Source of the DNA: a virus
DNA: 64,000 nucleotides
Reading direction: 5' to 3' (one strand)
Virus record (IMG/VR): IMGVR_UViG_3300048597_000624
Span: 21,225-85,224 of that record
Shown here: positions 56,523-64,000 of the stretch, piece by piece
How positions within the stretch are numbered: the stretch's first letter is position 1
Layout of the letters: each line of letters begins with the position of its first letter
Program-made: the position numbers and the translations under genes
The notes under the pieces: generated by a model
The model's database searches: none
The model's input: the letters and a program-made list of their open reading frames with translations, nothing else
Told to the model about the DNA's origin: nothing

Positions 56523-57110
56523 CCTCAGTAACTTCCACACGTGAAGCATCCCGGTAGCAAACAAACGCCCGACATCCCTCAGTAAATTCCACATGCAGGA
56601 TGGTCGCGAGCTGGTCAGGCAAGGCGTGCTCCTCCTCCCTCAGATCGCACCTCAGTAAATTCCATATGTGAAAACAACGTAAGGCGCCGACGTCCTCGAC
56701 ATACTCATGCTCGCGCTCTCGCCCTCAGTAACTTCCGCATGTGAAAACAACCGAAGGCGATCAGCACGCGAGAGATTGCCAGTTTCCTTGACACCCTCAG
56801 TAACGTTCGCATGTGAAAACAACCGAAGGACGGTGGTCGCCATGGCTTTTCTCCCAGTCCAGTAACCCCTCAGTAACGTTCGCATGTGAAAACAACCGAA
56901 GGGTCGGCGTCTGACCTTGGCATCCGCGTAATCAGATTCCCTCAGTAAATTTCGCATGTGAAAACAACCGAAGGGCAGATGTCCACCGCAGAAAAACTCG
57001 TCCCTCAGTCTCATTCGCATGTGAAAACAACCGAAGGCGGACTTTGACTCAATCGTTCCAAAACTCGGGGCACGACCTCAGTCTCTTTCGCATGTGAAAA
57101 CAACCGAAGG
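56523..57110 (-). CRISPR. CRISPR array: 7 clear 35-bp repeats plus 2 degenerate distal repeats
   Basis: Repeats start at 56650, 56723, 56795, 56868, 56940, 57003, 57076 (plus strand CCTCAGTnnnnTTCGCATGTGAAAACAACCGAAGG); unique spacers of 38, 37, 38, 37, 28, 38 nt; decayed copies at 56577 and 56523. Confidence 0.95.
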
Positions 57111-57239
57111 GGCGGCTGCACAAGTGCAAATATCCCTTCCGCTTAAACCGCGTTCCGCGAGCGTTCGTTGCCGGCAAGCGTACAACGCCTTTCCCGCGCT
57201 CGGCCTGGAGGTGGCCTGTTTGTTCCAACTCATATCGCA
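57111..57239 (-). promoter_or_regulatory. CRISPR leader or RNA scaffold region
   Basis: 129-nt gap between effector stop and first repeat with GAGCG...CGCTC inverted repeat; repeats decay away from this end. Confidence 0.5.
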
Positions 57240-58505
57240 TCACTCCTTTACGTCCTGTGCGAGCGGTTCCGGCGATTCGCTCGCCACCTCGCCGCTCGCA
57301 ACGATCAGTTCAATTCCGCAGTCCTCGCAAGCCTTGGCTAAAGCCAGCCGCAAACGAGTCCAATCCAACACGCAATACAATTTGTTTGAATCGTCGTAAC
57401 GAATCGCTGCCATCCGTCGTCGCTGGGCGTACTTCGCCAACTGCATCGCGCACTGCTGAAACCAGCTATTGATGCGGCGATGATGCTTGGTGACCATTGC
57501 CGCACGTCGCGACTGAAAAGACGCAACTGGTCGCTGCTCGGCCGTTGCGTCTTCGCTCAGTCGGTGCAGCCGCTGCCCATGCTCAGCTTGAGCGCGGCGA
57601 ATGTGATCTGCGTTCAATACCCAAATCTGCTCGTCTTTCTCATTCAGTGCCCGCCAGAGCGATTCGGGACCAGTGGAAACCCGCAGAACGTCCGACGCGG
57701 CAGCCCTTTCAACTCGCGGAAGCCAGCAGGCAATTTTCAACATGACTTCGCTGGATGACTTTTGGCCTCCGCTGTCGCGTCCGCTATCGCCGGCGCGGTG
57801 GGTGTTGGTTCCGGACGACACGCGATAAATCGACACTTCGCCAAGTTCGGCCTCCCCCTTAACCAGCTTGTCAAAGGCGGCAATCTGCCGGCGGTAGCGG
57901 TGCCCTCCCCGCAACCGAAGCGACCATCGTTCCGTGCCGAACGGCAGCGACACAATCGCTTCTCCACCTTCGCCGCGAGAGAGCTTCACGGTGGCAGCGG
58001 GGACGGGATAAGGCACTGGATACTTAAAGTTTTGAATTGACCGATCGCAGGTCCAAAGAACCTTATATCGATCCGATCGGTATTTTCTCTGTGTTTGCTG
58101 TTCAAGACTGGCAACTGTGCTGCTGGACAGGTCCGGAAATCGCGTTCTTGCTTCGGGGTATAAGTACACCCGCTCCATGGCTGGCATCTTTTCCTGGCTC
58201 GGCACTCTCTGGGTATCGCGAGCCCACAATTGGGACATCATCCAATTCGATGCCGCCGTTGTCTGCGACCACGCGGTTCGCAGTGCAGCCCGGAATTCCT
58301 CCCAGCTACGATCGACAGGACCGGAAACCGCAAACGTCACAGCGCGAAGCACGTAGCGATTACGCCAGCACTTGTCGCAAAACACGGAGTCGCCTTGCCG
58401 CTTCCAGCCGCTTGGAACCCTCGCCGTTCCGCGAGCCGTGACTTTCGTGTCGCGACCAGCGCCACACGAGCAGCACAGGACGGTTTGCTTCGTTGCTGTC
58501 GTCAT
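57240..58505 (-). CDS. Cas12f/TnpB-like type V effector, predicted nuclease-dead, with N-terminal zinc ribbon
   Basis: Colinear with AsCas12f1 as recalled (PVDRSWEEF..LR vs PLDLDWKEF..LR; DRSIQNFK vs DMSIPSYK; KACEDCGIELI vs KAEEAGIKVI); RuvC-I GIDLG replaced by RVSTG; ends before Zn finger/RuvC-III; adjacent to array. Confidence 0.8.
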   Translation of the reverse strand: MTTATKQTVLCCSCGAGRDTKVTARGTARVPSGWKRQGDSVFCDKCWRNRYVLRAVTFAVSGPVDRSWEEFRAALRTAWSQTTAASNWMMSQLWARDTQRVPSQEKMPAMERVYLYPEARTRFPDLSSSTVASLEQQTQRKYRSDRYKVLWTCDRSIQNFKYPVPYPVPAATVKLSRGEGGEAIVSLPFGTERWSLRLRGGHRYRRQIAAFDKLVKGEAELGEVSIYRVSSGTNTHRAGDSGRDSGGQKSSSEVMLKIACWLPRVERAAASDVLRVSTGPESLWRALNEKDEQIWVLNADHIRRAQAEHGQRLHRLSEDATAEQRPVASFQSRRAAMVTKHHRRINSWFQQCAMQLAKYAQRRRMAAIRYDDSNKLYCVLDWTRLRLALAKACEDCGIELIVASGEVASESPEPLAQDVKE

Positions 58506-58735
58506 TGCATGATCCGTTTTGAACTGCGCCGAAACTCGTTCACGTAACCGCCCGACCGCTCCACTTCCCGCTTCCGCCTCAGCACCTCATCCCCATCTTC
58601 AGATTGCAGCAACACCAAGTTCTCCTCCGACCGCTCGCCTATTCGGATCGTCGAGGGCCAAAATCGGAGCACCCAGATAGGTCGCGTCCGATCGAATACC
58701 TTGCTCTCGCAGGCACGCTTTGTTGCACTCGACAT
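58502..58735 (-). CDS. Small hypothetical protein coupled to the Cas12f-like gene
   Basis: 77 aa; stop overlaps effector ATG (ATGA); AGGGAG upstream. Confidence 0.5.
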   Translation of the reverse strand: MSSATKRACESKVFDRTRPIWVLRFWPSTIRIGERSEENLVLLQSEDGDEVLRRKREVERSGGYVNEFRRSSKRIMQ

Positions 58736-59630
58736 CCATCAACTCCCTTAAATGTCCCGCGAGCCACACCTCGTGATTCGCCTTCTCTCCCTCGGCCAGC
58801 CAAGCAACTCCGGCCTCATCCTCAAACCGCGCGAGCCAGCCCGAGCGAATGCCGAGCTTGATCGCCTTGGCCGCATCCGGCACGGTCCCGCCGATCATCT
58901 CGCCCAGTTTGCGGACCAGATCGCTTTCGCGTAGCCAAGTGCTGTTGCTGTCTTCCCGCAACAAATGCCAAATGCAGATCGTCTGCCGCTTCAAGGCATC
59001 CTGCGGCAGCCCCAGGTCGCAATACAGCGAGTCGCAGCGGGCGAATCCGCAGCTTGCAAACCCTTCGACCAGCAAGCACAGCGGATCGCGTTTGATTCGC
59101 TGAGGTGCCAGGATTCCGTACTTCCGGATGACGTCGTCGACCAGCCGGCCATGGAAGCCACGGCCGTGGAACAACGTTGCCAATTCCTGCCGGACGTCCT
59201 CGGTGAGCTTCATGGCCTGGAGCGATTGAGAAGCCGCCCGGGCGCGATCGCGCGTCAATCCCTTGATGGTCTCCGCGACGAGTTCCCAATTGCCGCGCAG
59301 TTCCTTGACCGCATCGGTGCCGTAAACGTCAAACAGCCGGTTGGCGATTGCGGGGCCGATGTTGGTTGCGAACTTGCTGAGGTAGGTCACCACGCCCACG
59401 CGAGTGTGGGGCTCTTGCAGCTTGTATTGCTCGAAGACGAACTGATCCTTCCCCTTGCGGACCTTCCACTTGCCGTAGAACCGATAGGTCATGCGCGGCA
59501 CGAACGATGCAACTGGGGCATCGCCGCACACGATCTTGCCGTCCACAAGTTCGGCAACGATGAAATCCGAATCTTCCGATCGGAAGAAGATCGCTTTCAC
59601 GGTGCCGGTGAGTTCTTCGGAGTCAGCCAT
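58599..59630 (-). CDS. recD2: RecD2-like helicase, N-terminal (OB/HhH) half
   Basis: LTGTVKAIFFRSEDSDFIVAEL, YLS...NIGPAIANRLFDVYG, IKGL, KYG...IKRDPLCL...GFARCD. Confidence 0.8.
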   Translation of the reverse strand: MADSEELTGTVKAIFFRSEDSDFIVAELVDGKIVCGDAPVASFVPRMTYRFYGKWKVRKGKDQFVFEQYKLQEPHTRVGVVTYLSKFATNIGPAIANRLFDVYGTDAVKELRGNWELVAETIKGLTRDRARAASQSLQAMKLTEDVRQELATLFHGRGFHGRLVDDVIRKYGILAPQRIKRDPLCLLVEGFASCGFARCDSLYCDLGLPQDALKRQTICIWHLLREDSNSTWLRESDLVRKLGEMIGGTVPDAAKAIKLGIRSGWLARFEDEAGVAWLAEGEKANHEVWLAGHLRELMDVECNKACLREQGIRSDATYLGAPILALDDPNRRAVGGELGVAAI

Positions 59631-59689
59631 GTCGATCGGGTGAGCGTGCGAGTGGTAGAGGGTGTGGTTGGTGGTTGAGGTTGAAAGAT

Positions 59690-59771
59690 TGGCGACGGGC
59701 CGGATTGTCCGACCGTTTGCGTGAGCCCGGGGCAGGGAGGCTCATGTTGACCGCGTGTCACCGCCGTCGCC
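59690..59771 (-). ncRNA. tRNA-like cloverleaf structured element
   Basis: GGCGACGG/CCGTCGCC-A closing stem enclosing three hairpins; lacks TTC T-loop and canonical anticodon loop. Confidence 0.35.
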
Positions 59772-59785
59772 TTCGCGCGGGGTTC

Positions 59786-60544
59786 CTACAAATCAGCCAA
59801 AGCCGCATCGTCCAGGCCCGCTGGGGCCGACACGGGAGCCGGAGCAGGCGCCGGAGGTGTGGAAGCGCCTGGAGCGCCACCTCCTGCCGCCGGCGGTGCT
59901 GCTCCGATGGGGTTGTCGAGCCAGTGCTTGCGAGTTTGTGCCATCTTTTCGAGATCTTCCTTGAACATCGCAACGGCGTCAGTGTTCTTGGGAACGTCCG
60001 CAACTTTCGGATCATCTAGCGACCAAGAATCGCCATATGACAATTTTGCTTGCGGAGCGTACTGGGGATTGTCCTGCTCCATCTCAATCTTGCCGATGAA
60101 CTGGCAGGACTTCGCCAACTTCCAAAGGTCAACTGGAATATTGGTTTTTCCGCTACGGAAATCCACCATCACCTTCTTGCCGTCGACATTGCGTTCCATC
60201 ACCAATCCCAGCGCACTTCCGAACTTGAACGCCGACTTGCGAGAACCCTCGGACGGCGGGCCGCCCTTGGCGGATCGCATGTAGATGCGATGAAACAGAA
60301 TCGAGCCAGCGGGGCTTTGGTTTGGTACTGAATGCATTACCAGCAAATCAAAACGAATGGCTGGCGTTTTTCCCGCCTGGACATCGGTTTCATCCACTAC
60401 GTCACTTACCTCGAAGTGATACATCCCTTTCTTGTCGACCTGCCCATTGTTTGGCTTAAGTTCATCGGCATCGATGTCGCCGGCATCCATCGAGAAGTCC
60501 GCACCCTTTGTCGTATCCCAGTCGCTATCTGTCATGGCTATCAC
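59786..60544 (-). CDS. Putative single-stranded DNA-binding protein (DUF669-like)
   Basis: KGMYHFEVSDV strand pattern, Pro/Ala-rich acidic tail, position after RecT-like gene. Confidence 0.5.
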   Translation of the reverse strand: MIAMTDSDWDTTKGADFSMDAGDIDADELKPNNGQVDKKGMYHFEVSDVVDETDVQAGKTPAIRFDLLVMHSVPNQSPAGSILFHRIYMRSAKGGPPSEGSRKSAFKFGSALGLVMERNVDGKKVMVDFRSGKTNIPVDLWKLAKSCQFIGKIEMEQDNPQYAPQAKLSYGDSWSLDDPKVADVPKNTDAVAMFKEDLEKMAQTRKHWLDNPIGAAPPAAGGGAPGASTPPAPAPAPVSAPAGLDDAALADL

Positions 60545-60728
60545 TCCTATTGCTTGAGGGCCTCCGCCACCCTCAATGCTTCTGCGGTCGAATGAATCAG
60601 CCCGGGCGGATAACCGAGCACTTGCAAACCTGTCTGGTGAACTCTGTCCGGACCGTAGGTCTCAACCAGGTGCCGGAGTTGCTTTGGCCAACCCTCAAGA
60701 TTTGCGCCAGGATGACCCCGGCGCTCGG

Positions 60729-61853
60729 TCAGTTTCCCGAGTTACCCTCAGCGGGTTTCTCTGCGCCAAGATTGTTGGCCCACTCGTTGGACTCCCGATC
60801 TTTCTTGAGCTTTTCGAGCCAACCGATCAGTCGAGACATTCCCGTTTCGTCGAGATCCTTGGCCGTCGTGACTCCCAACTTGGTCAGCCCGGCGAGATAC
60901 GTTTCTTGCGTAATCCCCGACGCTTCCTTGAGTTGCTTCACCCAGCGCAGTTGATCGACCTTCGTGACGGTTGTGTCGAGCGGCGTCGTTGCTGTGGCCG
61001 CTGCTCCTTGCTGTAGAAACTTCTCCGCTGTAGCAGCCGTTTCAGTGCTCGGATACGGCCAGCGAATCGCTTCATCCTTGGTCGCCTCCGCCGCCGGTGT
61101 GCTGGCAACGTCAACCGTCGTCTTTGCAACCTCGCTCATCGCTTGCCGCCGCGCGTTGGCTGCCTCAGATTTTCCGGCCGGTTCCTTGGGCGGAGCCGAT
61201 GCTCCGGGGATGTCGTCGCCAAAGTCGGCCGTTTCTTCCGGGGTGTAGACTCCCCAGTTCACTTCCGGCTTTAGGGTTCGGACGGCATCGCTCACCACGC
61301 GAGCCCAGAGCATTTGCATCCGTGCGCGAGGCGTGGCCCAGTTCTTCTTGAGAACGGGCTTTCCGTCCTTGTCAGGCTTGCCATACGGAAACGGCTCTTG
61401 CTGCGCTTCCTCCCAAGTAAACGTGAAGTCCGTTTGCTTGCGGGCTCGCGTCTTGCCATCGATCAACCGAATCGACGCAATCTCTGGCGTGCGATGCAAA
61501 ACCTCATGCTCGCCGCCCAGCATGCGAAAGATCGCAAGCATGGCGTCGGCTCTCATCGACAACTTGTTTTCGATGATGTGATAGGTCCGCATGATCTCGG
61601 TCGGGGATTTCCGCTCCGACATGCAAACCAGCGCGAGCATGCGGCCTTGGTCCGGCGTCTGACAGCCGAACATACCGCTGCGAAACATGGAATCGCCAAA
61701 CTTAACGACGGCATCCATCGGATCCGCAATCCGGTCGTACAGGGCAACCTGCTGGAATGCGTTCATTCCTTGGATTGCCGGCAGTCTGGCTTGGTCCGCA
61801 TCAAAAGGGGCCTCTGCATCGGCATTGGCCGCGTCAACTGTCGCCGTGTTCAT
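60729..61853 (-). CDS. RecT-like single-strand annealing protein
   Basis: HIIENKLSMRADAM, FTWEEAQ, NWATPRARMQMLWARVVSDAVR..PEV.WGVYTPEE. Confidence 0.75.
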   Translation of the reverse strand: MNTATVDAANADAEAPFDADQARLPAIQGMNAFQQVALYDRIADPMDAVVKFGDSMFRSGMFGCQTPDQGRMLALVCMSERKSPTEIMRTYHIIENKLSMRADAMLAIFRMLGGEHEVLHRTPEIASIRLIDGKTRARKQTDFTFTWEEAQQEPFPYGKPDKDGKPVLKKNWATPRARMQMLWARVVSDAVRTLKPEVNWGVYTPEETADFGDDIPGASAPPKEPAGKSEAANARRQAMSEVAKTTVDVASTPAAEATKDEAIRWPYPSTETAATAEKFLQQGAAATATTPLDTTVTKVDQLRWVKQLKEASGITQETYLAGLTKLGVTTAKDLDETGMSRLIGWLEKLKKDRESNEWANNLGAEKPAEGNSGN

Positions 61854-61902
61854 TTCCTATCTCCTGGTTCGCTCGTTCATTCCAACTTCAGAGTTCAATC
61901 AA

Positions 61903-62916
61903 TCACGACCACAAGTAGCCGCGGTACATGCGGTGATACGCCCGCGTGACGTCGATATCGCTCGCGACGTATTCGCCAACCTTTTCCGGACTGGTCGCAA
62001 ACAATTCCGCGACCTGGCTGCCGTCCACGTCCCCAGCGGGAACCGGAATCCCCATCACGCGAGCGAGATCCTTGAGCCGGCCCGGCCGCTCGCCGCCCAT
62101 GCTGCCGCGACCGTTGAATCTCGCGTGGTACAAATCCAGCACGTCGTTGCCCCAGGGCTTCAGGTCGAGTTGCTTGGTCGAGGGAACGTCCAGCAGCACC
62201 GATCGCGTGAAAAGCACCGGCAGGTCGAACGACAAACAGTTGAAGCCGACCAGCCGATGCGACAGGGCATGCGACCAGAACGTTTCGAGGATTTGCTCCT
62301 CGGTGACACCCTTCAGACCAACCACCATCGCATGGGCCGGGCTGTCGCCGACGGCAATCCCCATCGCCACGATTCGACAGAACTCGGGGGTGGTGCTGAG
62401 GAGCTTGCGGCGCTCGTCGCCGGCCGAGAGGGCTTTGTCGCGGGCCGCTTTCGCTGACTGGATTTCTTTGATGACTCCGTCGCGGTTTTTGCCCGCCGCT
62501 TCTGTTTTGATGCACTCTTGGTAGTAGTAGTCATCGGAGAACACGCCTTGCAGTTTGGCTTTGACATCAGCAACCGTTCCGGCAACTACTTCCCCTGGAA
62601 TGGGGCAATCGAGAAATGTTCGCAATTCCACCGGCGGCACCGGCTCGAGCCCGAACAACTCCAACCGGCTTTCATCCGGGATCGTCTCCAAGTCGAAGTA
62701 GCATGGCTCGTCCGCACTAGCTCGACGCGCAGCCGCCGCCCTGGGCCTGCGCGATGTCGTGGTTGTCTTCGCCGGCGCCTTGGGCGGGACTGCCCTGGCC
62801 GGCGTGGCAGCCGGATTGCCCGCGATCTTTGTTGCGACCGCGCCGTCGTCGGAATCCATGTCGACGTCGAGGCTGTCGAGTGAATAGTCTTCAGTTTTTG
62901 CTGGTGCTGTCTTCAC
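61903..62916 (-). CDS. PolB-type 3'-5' exonuclease
   Basis: ExoI YFDLET, ExoII GFNCLSFD, ExoIII YVASD; start uncertain (GTG at 62916 chosen). Confidence 0.82.
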   Translation of the reverse strand: MKTAPAKTEDYSLDSLDVDMDSDDGAVATKIAGNPAATPARAVPPKAPAKTTTTSRRPRAAAARRASADEPCYFDLETIPDESRLELFGLEPVPPVELRTFLDCPIPGEVVAGTVADVKAKLQGVFSDDYYYQECIKTEAAGKNRDGVIKEIQSAKAARDKALSAGDERRKLLSTTPEFCRIVAMGIAVGDSPAHAMVVGLKGVTEEQILETFWSHALSHRLVGFNCLSFDLPVLFTRSVLLDVPSTKQLDLKPWGNDVLDLYHARFNGRGSMGGERPGRLKDLARVMGIPVPAGDVDGSQVAELFATSPEKVGEYVASDIDVTRAYHRMYRGYLWS

Positions 62917-63100
62917 TGCTTTGCTCCCGCTTGCTGCCGTTTCGCTTGATCGCCTCGTACACCTCGTCCCGATGGACCGGCACTTCCTGCGGTGCCTCGA
63001 TCCCCAGCCGAACCTTGTCGCCCCGAATCTCGACAACCACGATGCGGATGTCGTCGCCGATACGAATCCCCTCGTTGCGCTCTCTGCTCAAAACCAACAT
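62891..63100 (-). CDS. csrA: Carbon storage regulator CsrA/RsmA
   Basis: MLVLSR..NEGIRIGDDIRIVVVEIRGDKVRLGIEAP..VPVHRDEVY. Confidence 0.95.
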   Translation of the reverse strand: MLVLSRERNEGIRIGDDIRIVVVEIRGDKVRLGIEAPQEVPVHRDEVYEAIKRNGSKREQSSEDSTSKN

Positions 63101-63196
63101 GCCGAACCTCCTTGCACTTCCCGCAGAGAACCTCCATGCCGTCCGCGGAAGAATCCCTTTGACGCCGGCTCTCCCTGCCGGCCAACTCCTACTGAC

Positions 63197-63604
63197 TCAA
63201 CTGACTGCTTGAAACGTTTCGACCAATTGCCGATCGAGCAAGTCGCGAAGGTCGTACAGCCGCACCAGTTCCTTCGCGTTGTCGCCTCGCACGGTCGATG
63301 CCTTCTCCATTTGCCGAATCTCGTGATTGACCGCGCGGAGCCGATAGGCACACTCGCTCACCGGCCGATACCGCTGCTCCAAGTCCTTCGCGGCAGCAAG
63401 CGAATCGCTCCGTCGCCACGTGCCCAACGTCATCAGTCGCCCCGACAGCAACTTCACTTGGAATCCACAAAACACCATGCATTTCGCGTGGTACGCACAG
63501 ACGGTTGGGCAATATTCGCCCACACCCTGGCCGACGGCGGTAAATCCGCACGGACTGCCGCTGACGTCGCGCACCGTGCACAAGGCTTGATTCGTCGCGA
63601 TCAT
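63197..63604 (-). CDS. Hypothetical protein
   Basis: 135-aa ORF, ATGA overlap. Confidence 0.5.
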   Translation of the reverse strand: MIATNQALCTVRDVSGSPCGFTAVGQGVGEYCPTVCAYHAKCMVFCGFQVKLLSGRLMTLGTWRRSDSLAAAKDLEQRYRPVSECAYRLRAVNHEIRQMEKASTVRGDNAKELVRLYDLRDLLDRQLVETFQAVS

Positions 63605-63783
63605 TGCTCGCTCGTCTCCTTGAACGATTTCGATTTCGCCGCATCCGCCGGCGGCTTAAACCCATAGAACCGATAACAGGTGCCGCACAGCATCCGAGTC
63701 CAACCCCGCGAGTCCACGCCGTTGGTTACGAGCGTGGCTGGATTGCAGAGATTGCAGCGGCGGGTATTGGGGGTGGTGGTCAT
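63601..63783 (-). CDS. Small zinc-ribbon protein
   Basis: CNLC...CGTC. Confidence 0.45.
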   Translation of the reverse strand: MTTTPNTRRCNLCNPATLVTNGVDSRGWTRMLCGTCYRFYGFKPPADAAKSKSFKETSEQ

Positions 63784-63793
63784 GGAAATACGG

Positions 63794-64000
63794 CTAGGCT
63801 GCCACTCCCCACCAACGCGCGATACGTGAGGCTCCGTCGCGCTCTTCCCGGTTGGACGATTGCAGAGATTTGGCGATTTGCTCTCGGTGGTCCGCCTCGG
63901 CCTCCGCGATTCGCTCTGACACCTTGGACAACTCAGACTCCAAGGCGCGACGACGATCGTTAAGGCGCGACAATCGGGCCTGAGTGCTCAAAATGCTCAC
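63794..64000 (-). CDS. Coiled-coil hypothetical protein (possibly 5'-truncated)
   Basis: ORF reaches window edge. Confidence 0.4.
   Translation of the reverse strand: MSILSTQARLSRLNDRRRALESELSKVSERIAEAEADHREQIAKSLQSSNREERDGASRIARWWGVAA

Larger units (their letters stand above)
1..64000 (-). mobile_element. Tailed phage/prophage genome segment (non-contractile tail genes, Mu-like head genes); ends not visible in window
   Basis: Co-oriented terminase, portal, protease/scaffold, capsid, tail and replication/recombination genes; no bacterial housekeeping operons; no integrase or att site seen. Confidence 0.93.

Noticed and set aside
56652-57243. ORFs 56652-57020 and 57049-57243 with repeated FGCFHMR/LRLFSHA peptides
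   Set aside because: They are translations of the CRISPR repeats, not genes
57240-58505. Ordinary IS200/IS605 or IS607 TnpB transposon, or IStron
   Set aside because: No TnpA, no catalytic RuvC residues, a true repeat-spacer array rather than an omega-RNA end, and no group I intron core recognisable by eye

Overview
The window is a 64 kb segment of one tailed phage or prophage genome with almost all genes on the minus strand. It is GC-rich, and the gene content (CsrA, zinc-ribbon membrane proteins, Cys-rich proteins) suggests a Planctomycetota host, which is an inference. In transcription order (right to left) it holds: CsrA, a 3'-5' exonuclease, RecT-like and SSB-like proteins, a split RecD2 helicase, two DNA methyltransferases, an ERCC4 nuclease, a HerA-like ATPase, a primase-helicase with a repeat-rich putative origin, a run of small accessory genes, terminase, a Mu-like head module, a tail module with a -1 frameshift chaperone, and distal genes (GT9 glycosyltransferase, methyltransferase, initiator tRNA, S8 protease, di-heme cytochrome c peroxidase). 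The standout feature is a compact type V CRISPR locus. It has a 421-aa Cas12f-like protein whose RuvC active site appears destroyed, followed by a 35-bp-repeat array. There is no cas1 or cas2, and the cassette is inserted in the middle of recD2. Also notable: four copies of a covarying antiterminator/terminator RNA element ahead of late genes, one directly behind a small DUF2292-like ORF; a 1484-aa portal-Nudix-MutS_I-zincin polyprotein; a GGA-rich csrA leader; and repeated gene-junction sequences. All family assignments come from motif recognition by eye, and no database searches were run.
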